64,000 nucleotides of DNA from assembly GCA_026023565.1 (NCBI GenBank), contig JAPETS010000004.1:310001-374000 (forward strand), read 5' to 3'. The notes beneath the pieces were generated by a model. That model did no database searches, was not told where the DNA came from, and saw nothing but the letters and a program-made list of their open reading frames with translations. Shown one piece after another: positions 54,067-64,000 of the stretch; the stretch's first letter is position 1, and every line of letters starts with the position of its first letter. The stretch comes from Cirrosporium novae-zelandiae. Taxonomy: Eukaryota. The position numbers were made by a program, and so were the translations under genes.

Positions 54067-55194
54067 GGTGTGGGTATATGGTTGGGATTAAATGATATGG
54101 AATCGAATGCTAGACATGCAAACATGTAATAGTGATCAATGCCTCGTGTTGGTACTTGTTTGTCAACGGCAGTAGCCACGGGTAACAGTTCAGGTGCAGT
54201 TAGAATTGAAGAAGTGATAATCAATCAATGATCAAGAAACTCGTATTCTAGGAGTGTCTAATTGGTGAAGTTCAAAAGATGTGTTTCTCCAGGAAACCAA
54301 TGGCCAAGAATCAAAGATGAATGTTCAAAGGAGTGTGGGTATTGATGGGCATCAAGCCTCAAAGTCATAGACTGTAATAATATGCATCTGCAGTATGGCT
54401 GACAGCCTGCATAAAAGGAAAGAAAAGAAAAGAATGAGATTGAAGGTGGGCTTTGGAGGAGTTTTACCCTGGCGTGCCCGGAACCTTGGGACTAGAATAT
54501 GCATCAGATTTACAGTTTTCTCAGAGTCAGTCGACTATTGACGGAATTTGATTCGTATTGGTGCATGGTGCATGATGCATATGAATCATGAATTAATTAT
54601 TGTGAGCCAAGGTAACCAGTAACAAGGGTCTAATGACCTCAACGGAGAAATCCCCGTCTCCCATCTAGCCATCGTGAAACACTACTTCAAACCTGTTGGA
54701 TCGAAATCTGCTCACATTCCATATTCCCATTCCTGAGATTCCAATACAATACATTGGTTAGTAGTGGTACCGAGTATTTCATAGGCTATTTTATTAGGTT
54801 CTTCGAATCCATGTCACCCCCATCTTTTGTTATCCACCCTGTCACCATATCTACCAGTCACGTGTCATAATATATATATATATATCACGTGCCATCAACT
54901 ATCTGATGCCCAATATGGTTGTATGTCTCTCAATAGTGCCTTGTCATAAAAGAAAAAGGTTACTGGTTTCTTAGCACATTTAGGGAGTTACAAGGACATG
55001 ATTTTCTCCATATTTATACATTCTGCATTGTTTTCTTCATAAGCCGTAAGACTGTCATTATCCAGGAACCATTCAATGCAACGCTAAACATCAATCCATA
55101 TCAATCCATCAAATACATCAACACCAAGTCATAATGATACAGAAAAAATCATATGCGTAATGCAAACCAGTACGAGTCCATAATCCATCGTCCG

Positions 55195-58100
55195 TCATGG
55201 CCCTGAAGAGAGAATTCCTCTGATCCTGCCTATCAATGTTGGTCGTCCAAACTTCTCTGGCATATTTTCCTCCTCTTCTACCTCCTCCTCCTCCTCCTGC
55301 ATATCCTTTGGCTTTTCCATATACTTCTCTTTATCCTCCTTGTCTTTCTCTTTGTCCCGACTTTCCCGTCCTGCACCTGCCTCACGAGCAGCTCTCCTTG
55401 CGCGTCGTAACCGTCGAGCTTCTTCTTCTTCGGGAGTTCGAGGTGGGTTGACGCTATCTTTGCTACTACCGTGTCGTATTAGAGGTCGAACATCATCTTT
55501 GCTGCTCCGGTGTCTTGATGAGTGAGGCCTAGCTTCATCCCTGGTACTTCCGCGCCGAGATGGAAGAGGCTTCATGTCGTCTTTTATATTTTTATGACGA
55601 GAGGATGGTGAGGACCTTGTATCATCTTTTGTACTCTCGCGCCTAGATGGAGGAGGTCTCATGTCATCTCTACTGCCTTCATGTCGGGATGAGTGATGAA
55701 CTGAAGCAGCAGATGGTCTTCTTCCAGAAGATTCATGTGCGTCTTCTAGCTTCTTAGCATTGATCCATAGAGGACTACTCATATCAGACTCTCCTTGAAA
55801 CGGTTTCTTAATAGGTTTCAAGAACTGAGCAGCCCTCCCATTCGGCTTGGGTGACTCCTTAGACTCGAAATCAGAACTTGGTGGAGGTGGGGGCGTTTGT
55901 GTCCGATGAGATCGAGAATGTGAATGATGAGATCCATGGCCAACAGAGCCTTGGTCTGTGTTCTCTGTGACAGCAGCAGCAGGGGATACCTCAGCCTCCG
56001 TTCCCTTGGCCACAGCCTCTCGCTCTCTATGTGCACGACGTTCTTTGCGTTGTTTATGTTCTGTTTCCTTTCGTGCTTTTTCCTCAGCCTCCTCAATCTG
56101 TCGACGTTGTTCTTCCTTCCTCTTGAGCCTATGCTCCTCTTTCTCTTTCTTTCTGCGATCATGCTCTTTCTTAAGTACTGCCTTCATATCTTCTTCAAAT
56201 CTCTGTTTTTCTTTAATTTCCTCCTCTAACTTCTGTAGCCTCCGTCTCGCTTCTTCCTTCTTCCTTCTTTCAATCTCCCTCTTCTTCCGTTCCACCTCAA
56301 TTTCTCGATTTTGCTTCTCGTTCTCCTTCCGCAATTCCGCGATAGTCGCCTCTGTGCTTTTCTCAGTACTTTTCTTACCGTTATCACTACTCTTGCGGTG
56401 CTTCTTATCTCTTTTGAAGGGATTATGACTAGCATCACTTTCACGACGACGGCGCTCAGAAGAGTCATGACTAGACCGACTACTATGATGACTTTTCTTG
56501 GAATGATGTCTCCGACGTTCGTGTGAAGTACGCTCTCCCTCTTCAAGTATTGTTTTGTTGGTTTCGTCTGTCGTGGAGATTTGTTTTTTATGAAAGCAGT
56601 TGGGGAGTTCAGTTATTTCTGAAATTGCCATGCCAGGTGGAGGATCTGCAAATGGGTCTTCTATTTCCTCGTGCCTGTATGGAAGCTGAGTTATTTCTGA
56701 GATTGCCACTCCGGGTGGGGGGTCCGCAAATGGATTATCTTCTTCGTTTGGCTCTTCTGCGGCTGCTGCCTCGTGTACTAGTCCGTGAGCAGGGTTTTCG
56801 GGAACAGGTGCTTCACGAGTAGGTACTTCTAGCTCCTCTGGCACGGGTTCCTCTACTAGAGCGGGCGTTTCAATCTGTGCAGGCTGTTCAGTTGGCGCAT
56901 ACTCTTCGGTCGGTACAGGTTCCTCCGCTGGAACTGGCTCTCCCATTGGGGCAGGCTCTTCTACTGGAGTGGGCGTTTCGATCTGTGCAGGCTGTTCAGT
57001 CAGTGCAGGCTGTTCAGTCAGTGCAGGCTGTCCAGTCGGTACAGACTCTTCAGTCGATGCAGACTCTTCGGTCGGTACAGGTTCCTCCGTTGGAGCTGGC
57101 TCTTCCGTTGGAGCGGGTTCCTTCACTGGAGCGGGTTCCTTTACTGGAGCGGGCGTTTCGATCGGTGCCGGCTGTTCAGTTGGTGCAGGTTCTTCAGTCG
57201 GTACGGGTTCCTCTATCGGGACAGGCTCTTCAACTGATGCAGGGTCCTCTGCAGGAGCTGATTTTTCCGATGCCGGTTCTTGAGGAACGGGTGCTTCACG
57301 AGTGGGTTCTTCGGGCTCTTGGACCGAATCAAGTTCTGGAGGAACAGGTGCTTCGCGAGTAGGCACTTTAGGCTCTACAACAGCAAGCTCTTCGGTGGGA
57401 ATGTCCTCTGAAGTTGCTAGCTCTTCTGGAGCGGCTTCCTCTACAGCTAACTCTTCTGCAGGCGCGGCAGATTCTTCTGATGCTTCTTCCATTGGGGCAG
57501 CTCCAGCTGAGGCCTCCTCTGGTACTGATTTCGGCTCTAGAATTTCTTCAGGTATAGATTTTTCTGGAACAGGTTCATCTTGAGCAGGCTCTTCGGCTGG
57601 AATTTTAACTGACAGTTCTTCGGGTGCTTTCTCTTCCGCGGGCAGTTCCTTAGGCGCAGACTCCTCTTGGGCAAAGTTATCGGTAATAGCTTCCTCCTCC
57701 TTTCGAGTCCCTGTTGACGGTTCCGCTAGAATAGGCCCTTCAACAGCCGATTCATCGGCCCTTTCTTCAGTTCCGTTAGTGGTAGGAGCTTTCTCTGTGG
57801 CTATCTCTTCGGTACCTGGGTCTTCACTCTTTTCCTCGGTTGGGTTTGGAGCCGAGGCTTTATCTGTAGTAGCCTCTTCAACGACTGATTCATTCGATTC
57901 ATTTTCCGGTGACTCGTCAAAAGGAGTATTAGATGCAGCCTTAGATGTTTCCGCTGTTTCTGGCTCTTCGACTGCCACTTCTGGTTTTTCTTCGGACGTG
58001 GCTTCTGTAGGTATCTCCCCGGTGGGGTTCTCTTCTTCGATAGGTTTTTCTAGTTTCGGTTCAGCCGCAACCTCGCCTCCATTCTTCATTAGAGCTTCCC

Positions 58101-60211
58101 CAGCAACTGCTTCTTTTGGCCCTTTAACAAATTCAAGTTCCTTAGATCTCCCAGCTTCAGATTTATCTTCAGTTGGGCAAGGCTCATCAGATGGCGCGTC
58201 GCTTTTTGAGGTATCGGCTCCGGCTTCACTTCCAGAGGGCGGAGCCTCTTTAGTGAGAGGATCCTCATCTTTAGATGTAGGTTCTGGTTCAGCTTCCTTG
58301 GGAGGTTCTTCAGGCAACTCGTCAGGTTTTTCGTCCTTGGCCTCTTTTGTTTCTTTTGTTAGAGGTGGGTCTTCGGCCCTTGGTTCTTCTACTGGTGTTT
58401 TCTTAGAGTCTTCAGTCCCAATAGGGGGTTCCTCTTGGGATTCCACAATAACCAGTTCTGTTTTTGCTTCTGGTTCTCCCTTTGGTGTAGGAACTTCGCC
58501 CATGGAAAGTTTGGAAGAGGTATCTGCATTTTCTTTTTCCTTTCCTCCTTTCTTCTTTTTATTTCTCTTGCTAGTAACATCAGGCGTTCCCTTTTCTTCG
58601 ATTTGTTCAGCCTCAGTTACTAGTCTAGCCGCAGGCTCACTTGGAGGCTTATGTTCAGGCTCTGTCACTGGTTCGGATATAGGCTGCGATTTCCGTTCCT
58701 TAGAAACCGAATCTGGCGTGGCCATATCAGGAAGCATATCTGGTCTGGTCCTATTTTTTCTCTTTTTCTCTTTAGGTTCTGGTTCAGGCTCTCTTGGAAC
58801 ATCTTTAGTGGTAGCAGATACTTCAGGTGCTCCAGGTGCTTCTGATACTCTAGGAACTTCTGCTGCAGGTTCTGCGTGGACTTCTGGAACCTCAACAACT
58901 TTCGGAGAAACATGGATGTCGGGTGCATCTACAGATTTTTCAGTACCATCTATCTCTTTGGGTTTAGGTTCAGAGTCCCCAGGTACTTCGGCGATAGCTT
59001 CAGGCATGGGCACTGGAGCAAGCTTTTCCTCTGTTTCTTCTTTTTCTTCTTCCAGGACTTCACCCTCAACTGGTGGCTCAGTATTAATACCCTCTGCCTT
59101 TTCTTCCGTTGATGGGGACTCCTCAACAGAAGCATCTTCTATATCAGAAGTCTTCTCGATAGGGCTTCCTTTAGCAGAAGATGCATCTTCAGGCTCGGGC
59201 TTAGCCTCTAGTTGTGGCTGTGGTTCTACAACTAGAACATCAGCGCCAACGTCATCGAGTTTATCTGTATCTAGGGTCTCTTCTGCAGATTTCTCCTCGG
59301 TCGGACTTGGATTAGGTGTGTCACCTTCGGATAGCTCATTAGGCTCAGGTTCCTCCCCATTGGTTGCCGGTATTTCGGGTTCCTCGGGTTCTCCTGCATC
59401 ATTTGTTGGTTCATCGGAAGGTACCGATTCTGTGTGACTCTCTTTCGTGGCTGCCTCTTTCTTGGTGGCATCATCCTCCTTTGGTGTTTCTGGGGTCTCC
59501 CCTTGGGCTTCCTCTGGCTGTATAGTTTCATCCCTGGGGGTATCCTTATTGGCTGAATCTGCCTCTGCTGCCCCCACGCTTTCATCAGCTGTCTTATCCT
59601 CTAGCGAGATATCGTTTTCATTCGAGGATGTGTGAGCTGTTGAACTGGTCCCTTCTACTGGCTCATCGGTTGTAGGCGATGTATCAGCAGCTATGCTATC
59701 CTTATTCTCATCTTCCTTTTTGGGTTCTCCTTTGTCTTCCGATATCTCCTTATCACCATTCGAGTTTTCTTCACTGGGCATTTCTCCCCTTGGTGATTCC
59801 TCGGCTAGAGTCTAGGTTAGTACCTTGGAGAGGCAGGGTAACAAAAAGTTAATTGACAGCTGAAATTACTTACATGAATTACCAACTTCAGGATTAGGGA
59901 CTTTCTCTACCGTAGCAGGTTCGGGATTCTTCGTCAGATCGTCGTCAGCTGGAGCACCTGTCCCTTCATCCCCAGCCTTATTGGTATTGTCAGCATCGTT
60001 GGTTGGTTCAGGTGGAGGAACTTGGGAGACGAGGGTATAGGTAAATGATTGAGAGGCTCTATCGAAGTTTTGATAGAGTAAAGGAGGAACTTCTGCATAC
60101 TGGAACCGTAACGTTGGCGAATTCATTTTTCGAATCACCTTGATCCTCGTTCACATCTTCTGAAGAGAGTTGACGGTTGTTCCTCTTGCTCTTATTCTTC
60201 TTCTTTCCCAT
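55195..60211 (-). CDS. Very large acidic E/P/A/T-rich low-complexity protein with internal repeats and a basic coiled-coil C-terminus; 5' exons uncertain
   Basis: 1528-aa open frame 55195-59781 plus upstream exons probably starting MGKKKNKSKR at 60211. Confidence 0.7.
56860..57260 (-). repeat. 18-bp coding minisatellite (EEPAPT/EQPALT hexapeptide units)
   Basis: About 20 degenerate 18-nt units, e.g. GGCTGTTCAGTCAGTGCA repeated. Confidence 0.85.
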
Positions 60212-61722
60212 GGTGTGATGTGCAACCGGTTATAGCAAGGGAACAAATCAGGTCGATGGTCTAGTGATGCGGAGGTATCGGCAGTAAAAGACGAGGCTTC
60301 CTGGGCCGTACAATAAGGACTGTGCACAAGGAAAGTGGGTGCGGCACAGATAGACGAAGAATGGACAAAAGAAAGGACAAGTCTCAGGTCTATCAATCAA
60401 GTAAGTGTATGAACAAAGAAATAAAAGGTCTCAGATGTTCTAGAATGGGCACAAGACTACGGAGGTATAGAGTTTAGTACCTCCACGTCTGTGAGGATTG
60501 TTCGAGGAAAGGCCGAAAAGAGAGAAGAGATAGGGAAAGTACATTATTTCAGTAACCAATGGATAATTATAAACATTTCAATTGGAGCCACGTAGAGCTG
60601 GCAAAGACCAAGGGACCATTTTGTCGGTGTCGAAGATGGGTTGAAGATTTACGCTACGGGCTGTGGGAGATACAAGCTCTGTACAGCTTCCCGTTAGTCA
60701 AGTTAGTGACTAGAAACTTTAAGAATCTTCAACCGATGCCACATGGAGTGGTAGTACTAAGTGAGATTCTCCCCCACTATCAGCCTACTTGTGTGTATTC
60801 AACCGAATAATATCATGCAGTCAAAAGTGATGCCCAAGGTGAGGCGAGCATCGGTCGGTTAACTTTTTCATTTTACCCCCACCAATTTTGATATCTGCAA
60901 CTTCTCCTTGAACCAGTTTAGCTGAAGTTTAGGAAATAGATTAACTATCTTAAAGCTCCCCTCAGATGACGCCTGTTGACGCCCAGAGAAGCATTTCAGC
61001 GGAGCAACGTGTTCATGATTTGGGAGAAGACGTTCGAAAATCTGAATAAACCTAACAAAAACTAGCAAGCCTAGGGAAACATTCCCCAATATTTTTTGGT
61101 CACCAACTGCCGGGTGTCGTCAATTTGGGCCTTTACTTTTTTCTTTTTTCTTCCTTTTCTTTTTCTCTTTCTTCTTTTCCTGGGATGCGCCTTTGACTCG
61201 GTCGGTGACATGTTCTCTCACTCTTGTCTTGCCTAGGTGCCTAGACACCCAGACCAAATAGGACCGACCGATCCCCTAAGAGTCACTAAGGTTAGCACCG
61301 GGCCGATCCTTGCTGACTTAACCCCTGCACGTGTCCTTTTAGTCCCATCAATCAATTGCCCCTCCTCCAGCCTCCAACCTCCAACTTTTCTTATTACTTT
61401 CTTTCTAATTAATTATCCACTCACCATCCTCTTCACCGCGATCTATCCAAACTGTAAATCCTTCCACCTTCCATAACCATCACCATCAACCTCTTGTTGC
61501 CCCAGTTACCCATCACCGCCATTTCCCATTCCTTTAGGCCCTGAGATTTCAAGCGTTAAGCCCAACCATGCAGGTCCCTAGAGCAGTCATTATTCCATAA
61601 TATCTATTGGAAATCTATGGCTGGGATGTCACAGCCTTACGTATATAAACATAATATAATGATGAATGCAACGTTGTGTTCTTTACCTTGGGACACTTGC
61701 CTTGGTCTGATTCCTCTCTTCA

Positions 61723-63657
61723 TTATTTGAGTGCCTCTTGGAGCTCTGCCCCCCATCTTGGACCATACTTTCTCATGGCCCAGACCGTCACACTGCTGCA
61801 GAGCCCTAGGATTCCCAAAATAGTAAACAGCCAACCATCCCCTATTGCTGAGATTAATGGACTCGTAATGAACGATCCAACGCACGAGAATATATTTCGT
61901 ACAAAGTTGTTGAGTGCGATTCCATTTGACGCCTTCTTGGGTATATATTCCGTCAACATTGTCGTAGCTGCGGCGAAGACCAGCATCGAGCCGACGCCGA
62001 AAAAGAAGTTTGCTATCATCTTCATAGAGTCAGTCAAGCTGCATATCCAGGAAGTTATCTGTGAACCTTCTCACCGGTACAAGCCAGTAGGCATGCATTT
62101 GTGCTGTCCACCCATACCACACTAGTGCTCCTGAGTAAATTATACACGCTAGCCAAGCATTTTCTCTCATTCGATCTTCAGGTCGGACTATCAGCTTGCC
62201 TTTTTCATCATACCTTCCTGCCCTCTTTGCTTCTCTACGCATGATATAGTCTGCTCCGTGTCAATATCCGGTTCGTACGAGCTTGGAGGTGAAAAATGCA
62301 AACTCCTACTTACCAATCCACTTCCCACCAAAAATACTAGCAACCACATATCCAACGGAGTTGGGAATATAAAGCAAACCAACAATTAACTGGGAGAAAG
62401 AATATGGTGCTTGAGAAAATGTGTCTTGAATAGATATGTTGAGTATATAAAGACAACCAAACCTAAGACAAGTCAGCATAGGGCAGCAGAAGGTGTGCAG
62501 TTAAAAATTTACGTTATGCTAGCGTAACAAACCAAAATCGCGATTGCTGGAAACCGAATATAGAGTATGATGCGCAAGGGGTCCACAAAAACTCTTCGGA
62601 AGATCTTTATCCATTTCTTGGTATTGCCCTGGATGATCTGCCGTGATGATGTCCTGCTAATCGTCACCCCAAGAGTCGCCTGGCCAGTCCCATCAGCGGC
62701 CATTTCCTGTTCGACTTCTAGTTGAAGTGATTTCTGACTTTTCAAGGTTTCGGGAAGTACGAACAAGACAAGTATTAGAACAATCCCGCCGTATATTGTG
62801 AGGAACCATTGTGTAGCTCTCCAGTCCCACTTCTGGGAGAGAGCACCACCAATAATAGGCGCCAACAAAGGCCCACAGAGAGGACCCAGATAAAAGATGC
62901 CCATTGCTCTTCCTCTCTCCTCGGGGTAAAACATATCTGAAATTGTTCCGGCACCAACAGCCTGGACGGAGGCAGAAGCCCCACCGGCCAGCATTCGCAT
63001 AACAATCAACATAGCGATGGAATTCGCTATAGCCGAGAGAACATTGAAAACAAGGTATAGTGCAAAGCTAACGAGGTATATCGTTCGTCGACCAAGTGAT
63101 TCACTGAAAGAGGACCACCATAGGGGAAAGATACTCATGCTAAGCATATATAAGGCGACTGAAAGGTTTGTCACCGTCGATGAAGTATGGAATTGAGCAG
63201 CAATTCGCAATAAGGAAGCTGGTCACATGGGCTAAGATTAGAGCTCGAGCCTCAAAAATATTATAGTTAACAAGGGCCTCTCACGAAACAAGATTCCGCT
63301 ACCCATTGGGGCAGCAGCAGCAGCCATTGCAGCGATGAAGGTGATGAGCCATTTTGTTGACCGAGGATATAATTTTGCATCTTCCACCTCAGCAATAACT
63401 GTAAACCGGCCGAAGAGACCTCGACGTTGTGATCTCCGCACCGTTACCGCCTTTATTGAACCTGACCTAGAAGACAGGGGTGGTGGTGGTGTTTGGCTCT
63501 CTTCGTCTTCATCTTGGGAAAATGCACTCGAGGAGGATTCTTGACGACGGCCATGTGCTTTGATGGACAGCTTTTTGTCGTCCTCAGTCAGAGTAATCCG
63601 AGCATCTGGAATATTCCGCTCATTGAATTCTCTCTTCTCGGCATCGTGTGGGTCCAT
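61723..63657 (-). CDS. MFS drug:H+ antiporter DHA1 family (Qdr3/Dtr1-like), multi-exon
   Basis: YPRSTKW, PLWWSSFSESLGRRTIY, VGAGTISDMFYPEERGRAMG, GPLLAPIIGG, LPETL, RPEDRM, NNFVRN. Confidence 0.9.
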
Positions 63658-64000
63658 GATAACGTTGAAAAACGTCTATAGAAAGCCACCTAGATGTCAT
63701 TTGCTTTAATTAAGAATTATTCTGTCTTCTATATCCCACACAGCACTCTCGTCCATGTCTGGCCAGGTTTTCTTTTCAGTTTCATCCTAGTCAGCTTAAA
63801 GAATCAAATCAGCCAGACTCAATGGTATTCGGAATAGAATACGACTGAGGGTAGAAATCTCCGCCATCGAATTTGGGGAAAGGATACGCCAAAGTAAGCG
63901 GGGAGAGATACAATAATCCAATCATGAACAAGAGTTTCGACTTTGGACGATAATGCACATAGTTAGTTATCAGCTATTGCAGCAATTCCCATTTAATTTC

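Noticed and set aside
57779..59437. 552-aa Ser-rich + strand ORF
   Set aside because: Antisense shadow of the Glu/Pro-rich gene; biased codons avoid stops on the opposite strand

Overview
Eukaryotic, intron-containing DNA from a filamentous ascomycete (Pezizomycotina-type GT..AG introns with CTAAC/CTRAY branch points). It holds about 21 intact protein-coding genes, mostly core housekeeping: an RRM+YTH protein, STT4, a LYAR zinc-finger protein, MRPS8, DUF1769, an F-box protein, YTM1, SWS2, cyclophilin B, DED1, IES1, two MFS transporters, a CDF metal transporter, an ArfGAP-UBA protein, GPI10 and a large acidic repeat protein. An AT-rich accessory segment (~14-22.3 kb) carries a nitric-oxide reductase P450nor (CYP55), a CYP52-clan P450 and two decayed genes. 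The most interesting observations are: (1) a type II membrane protein carrying all three FUT8/NodZ (GT23-like) fucosyltransferase motifs, visible only after splicing; (2) two unannotated structured ncRNA candidates (a Pol III-type hairpin RNA at ~31.2-31.5 kb and an H/ACA-like snoRNA at ~46.0-46.2 kb); (3) a probable splice switch giving soluble HVEL-terminated versus membrane-anchored cyclophilin B; (4) a Cys-rich secreted-type pseudogene whose lesions can be read directly. Family assignments come from motif recognition by eye; no database search or folding was run, and exon boundaries are manual.
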